DNA of 64,000 nucleotides from Octopus bimaculoides (GCF_001194135.2 NC_068983.1:160019379-160083378), one strand, 5' to 3'. Shown: positions 13,289 through 26,077, counted from the stretch's first letter. Numbers and translations are program-made. Notes: generated by a model not told the origin, from the letters alone.

Positions 13289-14596
13289 AGAATTAGAATT
13301 AAAACGGAAAATTTTTTTCAGTTATTTGAAAAATTGATGAGAAAAATGATATAAAAGTTGTTTTGACCCAATCTAATATATGGATCTAGACATTCTAATG
13401 CAGGTTTCCAAAGGCATTAGAGGTTCTATATCAATCATTAAGTGTAAAATTATGAAAATATTGTTAATACTATAGCTTAAATAATATTAAACATAATCTA
13501 AGTTTATAAGTGTGAGGTTATACTAATTTGTGAATTGAAGCACATTTTCGGTACGTGAAACAATCTGTCTTCGTCTCTCACTCCATCTCTGTCACATCTA
13601 CTCACATATATACACATGTGTGTACGTGTATGTGCGTGTGTGAGTGTGTGTGTGTGCATATGTGTGTGTGAGTGTATGTACATGCGTGTGTGTGTGTTTG
13701 TGTGTGTATGTGTGATTGGACGTAATATTGATTTTTAACTAAGGCGCAGTGATTTAAATTTTGGAGATGGAAATAATTTAATATATCAACCGAAAAGGAG
13801 GAATGATAAAGTCGACTAAGAACGTAAATTATTGTGATTTTTTCCAACAATCTAGCCATTCTGTTTATATCCAACAAAACCTTCAAGATTTATATTTTTC
13901 TTTCATGTATTTTAGTAAATCTGTTCGGAAATTGATGTAAGTATGTTTCTATTAATGTAGTTGATACACTTAATTTGTGTGAGAGACCTAATTTGGGTGG
14001 CAGTATTAATTCATGAGTCTAATTAACACGTGTCTAGTTCTTGTTTCCTTTTAGTGGCGTCTATTCTTTTGCAAGCATTCGAAGCCGATTATCAGTTTAA
14101 GGATAAATTCATCCCCACTACAAATCAAGCAGGCTCTACTAAAGGTATTGAAAGATGCTTTCTTTCGCAGAGTAACCAACGATAAATGAACTATCAAACT
14201 TTACAAAATAGATAATGTAGTTTCCTCTTGAACTATATGGTGCAGTAAAACGTGATATTTATTATATTTAGCTCATAATAGAATGACAACTTGTCAGTGA
14301 AGTTTTCTTTTAGGGTAGTGTGTTAGAATTTTCTTTGTGTGTTCGTGACTTTTGATATTGTGTTATTGTTCTTACTTGAAAAGTAATTTTAAATTCCTTT
14401 CGTATATTTTATATAAATTCTAATTAGGTTTGTGGAGTTGGTGTACATTTTATTTAACCACTTATATAATTCGTACATGTTCTCTCTATGTGGTGACATA
14501 CATTTTTAGTACATATGCTAGCTTGTTTGTTGTAAATGCATAGTGTCAATCATTTTGATTACAAATCCGTTATTGATTACATGTGCATATATACAT

Positions 14597-14640
<44 letters not shown>

Positions 14641-15489
14641 GTATATGAGTGTGTGTGTGTGCACGCGCGCGCTTGTGTGTAGGCGGAGTTTGTCTGGATA
14701 ATTAAGAATTTCACAATATCGACGTCTCACGTTCAGTCGCATTGCATGAAGGGTGCCATGTGTACACATACTATGATACAGTGGTTTGATAAAAAAATTC
14801 CAATGTAGGAGATGATATATCAGTGGAGTCCTAAGTGGGAAACTTTCCCACTAGTTGAACAACTCAGAAAATGTTTGACTGTTTTCCATTTTCAAGATTA
14901 CTAACATCGGTTTCTCCGAATTTACCAAGAATTGAATAGCCTTAGTGTGTGACATAAACGTACAGATCTTAGGTGGATATATTTGACGGAAATAGAAGAA
15001 AAGAGACATAAGAAAGATAAATGCTTGCAGCTTCCTTTATCATTTTAACATTCTGCCACGTGTTTTGATATAAGTCTATTGCTAGTTAGGTCTGTATGAA
15101 TATATGGAGGTTCATAGCTTAAAGCATATGCAATTTTCAAGCCCATTGTTTGAAGTGTAACCGATTTCCATTCAACTGAGTGACTTTAAGAGCTAAAATG
15201 TCTAACAAGTGGTGGACTAGATACCGTGCAGAAGGTTGGTGGAATGCTTGGTTAGAGGGCTTGATTAGGAGATAATAAGTTGATAGAGCAGACGTTGTGA
15301 TGGTACCATGAAAGCTGAATATAAGGTAGATAAAGAGTGCCAATATCCATAACCTACTCAATGTGAATGTATTGTTACAATGCCAGATATTGCAGCATTC
15401 GTCCCGAAGGAACCTCTCATAGCGCAGTGTTAAGAGCATACACATTGCTAGCAGCCGAGAATCGTCCGATATGGGCGCCAGAACTAACA

Positions 15490-15529
15490 TATCACGTGGT
15501 TTCAGCGTACTGCGCTTCCTCAGTGACAG
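15490..15529 (-). ncRNA. Hammerhead ribozyme core with a degenerate cleavage site
   Basis: Minus strand: CTGTCA-CTGAGGA-AGCG-CAGTA-CGCT-GAAAC-CACG-TGATA. The CUGANGA box, 4-bp stem II and GAAA box are intact and stem I can pair (TGTCA/TGATA), but there is no UH triplet in register. Confidence 0.35.
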
Positions 15530-15571
15530 ATACCCGTTCACGACATACCAGCCAAATGTCACTGTCAACGA

Positions 15572-15604
15572 TATATAAAATAACAGCGTTTCGAAATCTC
15601 AGTC
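15572..15604 (+). promoter_or_regulatory. Candidate TATA + Initiator core promoter
   Basis: TATATAAAA at 15572-15580 and TCAGTC at 15599-15604 place TATA at about -29. A CACGTG lies at 15493 in a locally CpG-rich patch. No downstream gene identified. Confidence 0.2.
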
Positions 15605-17012
15605 AGATTGCTAACATTTTAGTGTTAGTATGAGTTGCTGGTTCTGGTTCCTATCTACGAAATTTTCTCTTCTTTAAATATTAATATATAAATATTTCTC
15701 AATTAGTTAATAACCAGCAAACTCCTATATAATATAACTCAAATATAGACAAAAAGAACAATCAGTATGTGTAAAGCGATATCAATAAAAAGCCAAAGAT
15801 ATAGTATCTAAATTAGAAACTATATCAACCATACAATACTTAGCCAAGTGTAAAAAATATAACAAAATAAAAATTAGAAAGAGAAATTCATTCTAATTAA
15901 CCCAGTCGAGAGTGAAATGGGACTGATTAGTAAACATATCCTAAATGATAGCATTCCAATCAAGAAAGCCACAACAATGATAGCATTGCAATCAAAAAAG
16001 CCACCTCTAACAATAGAACAATAGCAATACTACACTTAAGTGGTTTTACAATATTAGAAGCATAAATGTTAGCAGATTTACTAAATTCGATATTTTTTAA
16101 TTTTATCCTTCTATTTTCAAGAACGTGTTTCAAAAACCCTTAACATTTGCCAAGAAATTTTAAACTACAAACAATAGTGGCATATAAATAATCATATATA
16201 ACAAAAGCATTGTTATTTCATAAAACTTGTACCTAGAGAACAAAAACAATAATTTTAGTAAATATGGCGTTATTATGGGTTAATTTTACGATTCTGAGCT
16301 ACTCTGTATCATCGGCTTAAATACTATTTATTCGCATATGCTTTCTGACTAAAAATCCAAGATATTGGCGAAACCTTTCAGAATACTGTGATTCTGTGCA
16401 TGATACAGAATAATAGGATTTTACTTAAAGTTGCCTTCAATAATTCCTCCCAACAAAATTACTAAACAATGTTCAGTAAACAATGTTCGGTACTTGAAAC
16501 TCGTGTTGCATGTTTCTTTATTCGTCAAAAGACTTTTGACATCAGTAATAACCAGTGTAGAGCTACATGGAATATTTTTGTCATCACAGTGCCCTTCGAT
16601 TAGCTTTTCTAAATCTGGTGGCGAATGTATTTCCGAGCTTTAGATATTTCATCGCTATAACATGATTCTTTCCGTATCTCAAATCTCAAATTTTGCTCAT
16701 AGAAATGAGTATATGACTATGTGACACATTCTCTAGCTTCTTTGTGTGTGTGCATATGGGGGTGTGCACTATCAATCCAGTTTTAATGTGTAATATCTAA
16801 TTATATTAACGACATTACTTCTTTACTTGCGTGAAAATTACCCATTCTGTATATTTAGTATATATTTTCCCCGTTTGCAAACATAAACGTTCATCAATAA
16901 ATCAATCAGGCGAGGTATCTCCCTCTCTTCCCATGTGATTCTCTCTCTCTCCCTCTCTCTCTCCCTCCCTCTCTCTCTCTCTCTCTCTTTGCATATATAT
17001 ATATATATATTT

Positions 17013-17070
<58 letters not shown>

Positions 17071-17074
<4 letters not shown>

Positions 17075-17445
17075 AACATGCCCCAACCTACTTGAAGGCT
17101 CGAATTTCCTTTTCAAACAAGGAGAGAGTTTCAAAATTAAAACCAGTTTCACTTGTGCCTTAGAGAACCTAATATATGTAATAACCTGCTCGGGTTGTGG
17201 ACAACACTATATTGGACAGACGAGTACGACTTGGAGACAGAGAACCACTCTACATAAAGAGCAAATCTGGTTGCCGCAATACAGATAAATTCCTCTGAGT
17301 GAACACAGAGAAACGTGCAAGTAACATCAAACCAATTTTTACAGCCTTCCCCTTCTACTAGTGCAAAGATACAATTTCTCTACAAGAACATCTAAATAAG
17401 GAAACTTCTTTCATCGAAAAATACAGAACGCATCTAAATACACAC
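17071..17445 (+). mobile_element. Penelope-like element: GIY-YIG endonuclease C-terminal relic
   Basis: FTCALENLIYVITCSGCGQHYIGQT...RTTLHKEQI...E.SFIEKYRTHLN. 5'-truncated against (TG)n. Confidence 0.85.
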
Positions 17446-17548
17446 GCATAACCAACTTTGATCTCTTAACACATCTTAATTCACGATTACATCACTGTAC
17501 ATACATCTCCCCACTAAGCTAGTTTTCGAATTTGTGTGTGTGTGTGTG

Positions 17549-17611
<63 letters not shown>

Positions 17612-17849
17612 CCCCCCCCTACCGAAAGCTGAACAGTTATCTCTCCTGCGCACAATAATAACAATAATAAGGATAACCAATTACATCCCCTTAGTTTTTC
17701 TACTTGTTCACTCAAAAATATCACACACAACATGGACCCAAAATTTTCTTCTTAAGAAATTACGTATTAAATAAGCAAAACCGGTCATACATATATATAC
17801 ATACCTACATATATATGTATATATATACATGCATATATGGGTACAGGAC

Positions 17850-18185
17850 GTAAAAAAACGTGAGGAAAATGAGACACGGGAACATAAAAAACAAAAACAT
17901 GGAAAACGAACTTTTTTCGAACAATGAAAGAAACAAATACAGAAACGAAACAGGTAACATAAAGAGCATTCCCTTCATCAGTTGTCCCCTGTTTTATCTA
18001 CTCTGAGTTTCGAACGTAGGGACAAGACGCAACTTCGTTAAAACAGTCGTTCTCGCATACACACACACACACTCACACATAGGCTCGAAACGTAAAAGAC
18101 TTCTATTTTTCCCGCGTGTCAAACTAATAAACTTGCTTGTTGTTCTTACACTTGTCTTCGTCTTTGTTTTCTATAAATGTGAAGT
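17850..18185 (+). mobile_element. Probable Penelope pseudo-LTR remnant with a partial hammerhead 3' half
   Basis: Lies downstream of the GIY-YIG relic and contains gctcGAAACGTAaaagac (GAAAC-GTA) at about 18084-18100. No CUGANGA box is present upstream on the same strand. Confidence 0.4.
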
Positions 18186-18251
<66 letters not shown>

Positions 18252-18798
18252 NNNNNNNNNNNNNNNNNNNNNNNNNNNNNNNNNNNNNNNNNNNNNNNNN
18301 NNNNNNNNNNNNNNNNNNNNNNNNNNNNNNNNNNNNNNNNNNNNNNNNNNNNNNNNNNNNNNNNNNNNNNNNNNNNNNNNNNNNNNNNNNNNNNNNNNNN
18401 NNNNNNNNNNNNNNNNNNNNNNNNNNNNNNNNNNNNNNNNNNNNNNNNNNNNNNNNNNNNNNNNNNNNNNNNNNNNATATATATATATATATATAAAAGA
18501 CTTTATATATATAATTGAAAAAGTCTGTATATATATATATTTATTTATATGACTTACATATGTTCTTGAACCTCTCGAAGTTTCAAGCTAAGCCAATTCA
18601 CACAAGCATACAGGAATGTATGCTTGTGTGAAGCAATACATACAGGTATATATGCATGTACGTATGTATGTATGTATGCATGTATGTATGTATGCATGCA
18701 TGTATGTATGTATGTATGTATGTGTATGCGTGTGCGTATGCATATATTCTGCTATATTTACATATTACGCTTGAGTTTCATATTTGTATCATCGCTTA

Positions 18799-18835
<37 letters not shown>

Positions 18836-20142
18836 TTACTTTGTATGAATTTTAGTATGCTTCTATTTGCGTATATGTATGAGAGCATGTACATATATAT
18901 TAACATGTTAACTGAAAGATAGACATATGACAGTTGGTTATACTTCAGTACGTTTTTTTTAAACTTTTTGTCGTAAAAATCTAATTTTATATCACTTGTA
19001 TCTCTCACCATATCATTAATGGCCTTCCTTCTGGCACAAATAATAATATTTCTATGGAGACTGATTGCATCCGTGAAAACCAATTTACTTCAATATAGAA
19101 GCATTAATTTGCAGAGAACTTCTTTCATTACCTTTATTCTGCCTTTTATTGATGTTTATTGCAATGGAATATAGAAATATTTTTTGGTTTCAAATGAACA
19201 TTTAATTCTATTTTAAAAACCATAGCTCGATTATTGTAAGCTTGTTAATAAGATGGGTAACGCCCCTGAAAGAACACTTTAACATCTGACGTGTAAACTT
19301 TTATGGTAGCATTTCTTTGACAGTGATTGAATTATTTGAGTTACAATCAAACCAGTATCATTTCAAATTAAGAAACAGCATGACTATGATTATATATTAA
19401 AGAAATAAGTTGTATGTTGCCATGGTCAATGGAAGCGTTTTCTAAAAACGTTAAAAGTGTATGGTTGGTGTACAAATCTAATTCTGGAGGTTTGTGGGTT
19501 TGAGATGAGTATTCATAAATGAACTGTAGATACACACAATTCTGCGAAAGAAAGACTGAGTCAAGAGCTTAATCTCTGATCTTAGATTAAAATTAGGATA
19601 TGTGTGTTATAGAAGTGGCCTGTGTAAGTGAACTTAGGTTGTAAATTGCATATTTGAAGACTTCAGAAAACAAATTATTATAATAGTCATAGAAGAAACG
19701 AAACAAAATACACATAGAAAGTTAGTGGACACTCTGTTAATAACTCGATGGCTCGTAATCGATGTCCACCGCGCATCAATGTCAATTCACTCAATTTGAA
19801 GTACTCCATAGGAAAACGGCACACCTCTAAATATGAAGAAGACATTCATTCTGAAGCTAAAAGTGCTTTAATAAACACTGCTTTTTTTCGGATATTTTTG
19901 CACGTTTGATCAAATATAGAAAAATTATTAACATAATCCTGCTTTCAGTTCTATCTTCAACATTTAAATATTTATTCGAAAATAAAAGAGGAAAACCATT
20001 CTTGACCTGTAATGCGTACATGTATGTATGCATCCATGAAAAATTGCATATATGCATGCATACATAAACTACTGGTTTCCAAATCCAGTCGATTAATGGT
20101 ACATTGAAAAGTTGAAGCATATGTCCAGAAACTGAAAGATAT

Positions 20143-21355
20143 TGAGAAAGAATCAAAATGGCTTTCGAAGACGATGATTAATTAGCGCTCGAATTAATAG
20201 GTTTTGGAGAGTTCTTGGAAGTGTGAAAACTAAAAACCTAAATACTATTCTGTTTTCGTTGATTTCTCCAAAGCCTCCGGCTCGATTCGTAGAGGTAAAA
20301 TGGAAGAAATACTGCTAGCACATGGGACACTAGATGAAACAGTAACAGCTATGTTATGATGCTCTACAAAAACACATTCAATGGTATGATCTCCAGATAG
20401 CGATACAGATTTCCTTGAAATTGTTGCAGGCGTATTATAAGGTGCACCTTAACACGCTATATATATTCATCATTCACCTGAATTACGTTCTCAAGATATC
20501 CTCAAAGGAGTAATAGATATCCTGCCACAAAAATCACAGATGCAGGTTATGTTGATGATTTAGTGCTAATCTCCGGTCTAATAAACCAAGTAGAAATCTT
20601 TCTCCGTTGTCTTGAACATTTAACCAAAGATAACGGTCTTCATGTCAGGTTACAACCCAGACAAACAGAATACATTAGCATAAATCAAAATGGAACAACC
20701 AAAATAGTATATGGCACACCTCTCAATTGGATAGAAGAATTTAGTTATCTGCCTAGTAAAATCTCAAGCTGTGAAAACGATCCAAACATTGTTAAAGCCT
20801 GGAGCGCTGTCGACAAGTTATCTCTAGAATAGAAATGAAGACTTCTAGATAGCATGAGAAGGAACCTATTTAAAGTAACTGCTATCTTTGTTCTATTGTA
20901 TGGTTGTCCACGGAACTTTAACTCAAAATTGCAAGGAAATTGAATGGAGCCTATACACGCGAGCTAAGAGTGGCTTTGAATGTCACCTGGATAGATCGCC
21001 TAACCACTGAGTGTTTAGACAACTTCGCCTAGTATCAGATATAATAAAAGTGCGAAGTTTCAGACAACATATGGAAAACTTCATCTGGTATCAGACGTCA
21101 TCAAAGAGCGTAGATTCAGATTCGCAGGGTACTGCTGGAGAGCTAAAATTGAAGTTGTTGTTGAAGTTCTTTTATGGGAGCTTACGCAAGGAAGAGCTAG
21201 CAGACGATGACAATCTAAGATCTATTACATATGAAGCAGATTTGTAACGACATAAAATACAATCCTTCTAGCCTACCGAATATGAAGAATAAAATGAATG
21301 ATGATAGAGAGCCACGGAAATTCGTGGTAGCAGTGCGACCAGATGATAAGATAGA
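20143..21355 (+). mobile_element. RTE-clade LINE, 5'-truncated, decayed RT with a retained 3' end
   Basis: LRKNQNGFR, FVDFSKASGSIRRGKMEEILLAHG, YIFIIHLNYVL, GYVDDLVLI, VLLYGC. A 3' hairpin CCACG-gaaatt-CGTGG is followed by a GAT-rich tail. Confidence 0.85.
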
Positions 21356-21536
21356 AATGATCTTTTTTTTTTTTTGTAAAGTTTTATAAAAAGAACAACT
21401 CATATCAAACTGACGGATCACTCAATACGTATTTATGAATTTTTACAAGGAAAAGGTTAAGAGAGATTTCGAATTTTCGGCTTATGAACCATAACATAGT
21501 ACATCACCATTCTACTTCTTCTCCATATACATGTAT

Positions 21537-21752
21537 CTTTTCTACACTAGGCACAAAGACCGAAATTTTGGGGAAGGGGGGGGCAGGCGATTAGATCTAC
21601 CCCAGTACGCAACTGGCACTTAATTTATCGACCCCCAAAAGATGAAAGGCAAAGTCGACCTCGGCAAAATTTGAACTCAGAACGTAAAGACAGACGAAAT
21701 ACCGCTAAGCATTTTGTCCGGCATGCTAACGCTTCTGCCAGCTCGTCGCCTT
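21537..21752 (-). mobile_element. Nin-domain-type tRNA SINE, full length
   Basis: Minus-strand head aggcgacgagctggcagaagcgttagc...gagttcaaatt followed by gtcgactttgcctttcatcttttgggggtcgataaattaagtgccag (Nin-like domain). Confidence 0.85.
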
Positions 21753-22196
21753 ACCCCATCTACATGTATATCTGATCAAACCCAAACAAAAAACTTCCTT
21801 TATCAAACCATAGAAACTCTCTCCTTCATCCCTTCCTCTCTGCAAACTATCTAAGACAAATATTGTCCTCCTAACTTTCTCCCTGATCCCTTTACTGCAT
21901 AATCACTTTTTAATCTGCCTACACTACACGTGATTTGTATTTACATTTCACGAAAAGAATCCTGCATGAAAAAATAATGAAACCTGAAAGGCTAAAGTAA
22001 TCCAAGGTGTAATGATGGCTTGTAATCCGACAGTTCAACGTTTCTACCAACCTTCAAATTTCCGACACACACACACACACACACACGCACACACGCACAA
22101 ACACACACACACAAACAAACACACACACACACACACACACAAGCACACACACACACACAGACATACACACATTTATATATATATATATGTGTGTGG

Positions 22197-22239
<43 letters not shown>

Positions 22240-22371
22240 TATATTTCGCTTAGTCACTGAGATTAACAATCTAGTGTAGAACTCAGTATTCGTATGTTTC
22301 AGAATGAAGTGTCCGATGAGTATAGAGCGGTAATAAAAAAAAAAAGAGATGATACAGAATAAATATACACC

Positions 22372-23190
22372 TACGAGGGTGGGCTGAAAATTTACAGGCT
22401 GATAGGCTGACGATGAAGGAACGATGCTAGAGTTGTGAAATCTTGTGTGCATTAATTTCAGTACTCTTATTAATAACTATATCTTTTCTTTCCAGTTAAA
22501 CTGACATTTGACTGTTCAAAGAAGTTTCAAATGTAACTAATAGTGACTCGTCTTGAAAATGGACAAAATTTGGCATCGTAGTGTTGCCACGTACTTGCAG
22601 AGAAGGACTTTAACTCCAAGCACATTCATACCGATATGGTTGCTACATTAGGGTACGATGCTTAATAGTGCAAAAGTGGGCGGCCGAATTTAGTGAGGAA
22701 AAGAGTCTTGAAGGTGACCCAAAGTCTGGACATTCTGCAACTGCGACTACCGAGGAAAATATGGGTTTTGTTTACCACATGCTCATAGATGGCAGACGAT
22801 TGATTATAAATCAAGTAACCAATGCTATTAGCATATTCCTGTGAGAGATTTTAGTTAATTCTGCAAAATGATCTCGGCATGAAGGTTTTTCATCGGTGGG
22901 TACCGCTTCTTCTGACACTTGATCAAAAGCTGACCAGGCTGATCACATTGCATGAGGCAGATCCAGTTGGTTTCTTTGAACGTTTCCTAACTCAGTGATT
23001 TTTTTTTGTCCATCATTTTGAGCCAGAGACAAAGGGACGATTCATGCAGCAGAAACACCCCTCCTCACTTGCTTCAAGAAGGCTAAAGTTGTTTCATCTG
23101 CAGAGACGTTCATGGTCTCAGATTTTGGGGTGTAAAATGGCCGCACCATCAGTGGAGAGTATTATGCCAACTTACTGAGGCAGTTACGAT
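22372..23190 (+). mobile_element. Mariner-family transposon, left TIR plus decayed transposase, 3'-truncated
   Basis: TA-CGAGGGTGGGCTGAAAATT terminus. Peptides WVPLLLT (WVPHEL-like), HHFEPETK and GRTISGEYYANLLRQLR. Confidence 0.85.
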
Positions 23191-23194
23191 ATAA

Positions 23195-23195
23195 T

Positions 23196-23278
<83 letters not shown>

Positions 23279-23645
23279 CAGAGAGAGGGGGGATGAGAGG
23301 GGGAGAGAGAGAGAGATACATGCATGTATACATATACATATGTATGTATTCATGAAAGCATGTATCTATTTACTACATAAAGATACTAACGTATAAACTA
23401 AAAGTCCAAAGGCCCCACTTAATGTATTAACTAAGATATCATTATACAAATATTGATCTTTCACACTAAAATATTTCTCAAAATTACTTTAATAAATGGA
23501 TTATAGTATTAACGATGTTTACTTAATAGGAAGAAATATCACTATTGCTTATATATTATCAATGAGATTCCATGATCGAAATACTGATTGAAATGCGCCT
23601 ATATATGTCTGTGTGTGTGTTGGTACATAACTACATATGTACTCC

Positions 23646-23703
<58 letters not shown>

Positions 23704-24222
23704 TATATATATACATATATATATATATATNNNNNNNNNNNNNNNNNNNNNNNNNNNNNNNNNNNNNNNNNNNNNNNNNNNNNNNNNNNNNNNNNNNNNN
23801 NNNNNNNNNNNNNNNNNNNNNNNNNNNNNNNNNNNNNNNNNNNNNNNNNNNNNNNNNNNNNNNNNNNNNNNNNNNNNNNNNNNNNNNNNNNNNNNNNNNN
23901 NNNNNNNNNNNNNNNNNNNNNNNNNNNNNNNNNNNNNNNNNNNNNNNNNNNNNNNNNNNNNNNNNNNNNNNNNNNNNNNNNNNNNNNNNNNNNNNNNNNN
24001 NNNNNNNNNNNNNNNNNNNNNNNNNNNNNNNNNNNNNNNNNNNNNNNNNNNNNNNNNNNNNNNNNNNNNNNNNNNNNNNNNNNNNNNNNNNNNNNNNNNN
24101 NNNNNNNNNNNNNNNNNNNNNNNNNNNNNNNNNNNNNNNNNNNNNNNNNNNNNNNNNNNNNNNNNNNNNNNNNNNNNNNNNNNNNNNNNNNNNNNNNNNN
24201 NNNNNNNNNNNNNNNNNNNNNN

Positions 24223-24250
<28 letters not shown>
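23195..24250. repeat. Compound (TA)/(GA)/(CA) microsatellites around a 492-N gap
   Basis: (GA)n 23215-23320, (CA)n 23647-23700, N 23731-24222. Confidence 0.9.
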
Positions 24251-24256
<6 letters not shown>

Positions 24257-24382
24257 CATATGCTTTTGTGTAAACATTTCCAAACCCTGATTTATAGAGA
24301 GAGTTTGAAGTTACCTTTAAGTCCTTCTCGTTTACAGAGAATTGAATGTGTACATAATTTCTTGATATTGTAGAGTTTATTT

Positions 24383-24645
24383 ATTTATTATTTACAATGG
24401 ATGGATAAGTGTCCTTACCTTGTTTTTTGTTACCACAACGTTTCGGTTGATGTACTCTCCAGCCTTCACCAGGTGTTCTGATAGAATTTCGAATCCAACT
24501 CTTTATTTAACTAATGGGGTACTCTGTTCTCATTCCTAAGGTATTCTTTTCTTTTTGCTGATGTTTTTTTCCCAAATCCCACCTGAGATTGAACTCAATA
24601 TTTGAGGGTTAGTAACCTACGCTCTTACCCACTTCGCTATAAGTC
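24383..24645 (-). mobile_element. Complete TSD-flanked SINE-like retroposon: tRNA-like head plus Penelope-type hammerhead tail
   Basis: 14-bp direct repeat tgtagagtttattt at 24369-24382 and 24646-24659. The sense strand starts GACTTA-TAGCGAAGTGG (A box)...GAGTTCAATCTC (B box), has no T4 run, and ends A-rich (GTAAATAATAAAT). Confidence 0.8.
24432..24477 (-). ncRNA. Minimal type I hammerhead ribozyme motif (one core mismatch)
   Basis: AACAC-CTGGTGA-A-GGCTG-GAGAGTACAT-CAACC-GAAAC-GT-T-GTGGT. Stem I pairs at 4/5 and stem II at 4/5, with a palindromic ACGT stem III and a GUU triplet. CUGAUGA reads CUGGUGA in this copy. Confidence 0.6.
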
Positions 24646-25230
24646 TGTAGAGTTTATTTCGTTCATTAAAGACACATAATGTTAAGTGTTACGTTTGCAA
24701 TTTGTCTCCGAATATTGTGTTGATTTATATGTTTGTTCGTTATCAGCGTCTATTTTATTCTTTAGGCAACAGGATTCACTTCTGTTTACTTAATTTTTCT
24801 ACCCCAAAAGTAGGTTTTGTTAATATTTATTCAACTCTTAAAACAACAGCACCCATAAATAAATGAGAATGTAATAAAATTAATTGGTTATTGTAAAGAA
24901 GTGATACTCTGGATTGTTTTGTCTGTGTTAATCATTTAATACATATTTTATCCATTTTGAAATAGCTACGGGAAAATTTTATTCCAGCATCATACTTTCA
25001 TACGAGTGATAAGTATATATTTCAATTTTTCACAAGGTGCAACTTTCCCAATATTTTCAATATGATCGTTTCTAAAACAAGTATCTTGAGTTGATAAAAA
25101 TAATGGAAACCCGAATATTTGTAAAAATCTTATGATTTTATATTAGTATTTATGACCACATATACAATGCCTTGCTATCGTCAAAGATCTATAAAATGTT
25201 ACTTGATTATATTATTATGAAAGCGCAGCC

Positions 25231-25455
25231 CATCGAGGAGCAGCATCAGATCTTTTCGACCTGCTAGAAATGATAGCTAAATTTCCTCAAATTGTGCCAT
25301 ACAGTTTTGAAAATGAAGAAGCTACTAGATAATGTCATAATACATGCATGTTGCCTAGAAAAAAAAAAGCAGAAACGTAATTGAGTCTGGAGGCTATTAG
25401 ATTATAGGTTTGCTAAATCATGGTTGGTACGGGATTAAATAACAACAAAACAACT
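25231..25455 (+). mobile_element. Degraded 3' half of another SINE family (E)
   Basis: gacctgctagaaatgatagc...ataatgt...ataggtttgctaaatcatggttgg...aataacaac. A weakly similar tract lies at 47248-47430 on the minus strand. Confidence 0.4.
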
Positions 25456-26027
25456 GTTTACACAGACGGAGATGATTGTTTATATTTCCTGAATTGCTAA
25501 GTACTGTCTTAAATGTTTTCCAAGAGACATACAAATCAGTGTTTCGATCATGGAATCTCATTGATAATATATAAACAATAGTGAATGCGTTCATATTAAG
25601 TATACTTTGTTGATACTGTAGTCCATTTATTAAAGTAATTTAGAGAAAATATTTTAGTGTGAAAGACCAATACTTGTGTAATGATATCTTAGTCAATACA
25701 TTAAGTATGATCTTTGGACTTATAGCTTGTACTAAGTGTTTTTATGTATATTACTAATATTTTGTAATTCTTTATCATATTTGTATATCAATAGTTTAAG
25801 ACAATGCTTACACCTTATGCATTGAATTAATGTATTTTATTTATTTCCTGACAATACATTAACGAAAGAATTTCAGAGTAGAATACCATTCGCCATGTTT
25901 TCTGTGAAGTTCTTCGAAATGATAACGATGACTATGATGGCAAATATGGCAATGATGATGATAATGCTCCAAACTACTGCTTCTGACGATGCTAATGGTG
26001 ATGACTACAACAACAAAAATAATGATA

Positions 26028-26028
<1 letters not shown>

Positions 26029-26067
<39 letters not shown>

Positions 26068-26077
26068 NNNNNNNNNN

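Noticed and set aside
14055-14144. 90-nt candidate symmetric exon (ttccttttag / AAG-gtattg; ASILLQAFEADYQFKDKF...)
   Set aside because: The donor is weak, the peptide is unrecognised and there are no linked exons. Such matches are expected by chance in 64 kb.
15137-15568. 143-aa minus-strand ORF
   Set aside because: No recognisable domain and atypical composition; likely a chance ORF.
17960-17985. CTGATGAAGGG on the minus strand as a third hammerhead
   Set aside because: No stem II closure with a following GAAA box.
24575-24645. SINE heads here and at 49320-49379, 37040-37110 and 58510-58566 as tRNA genes
   Set aside because: They lack a paired acceptor stem and continue into SINE bodies.
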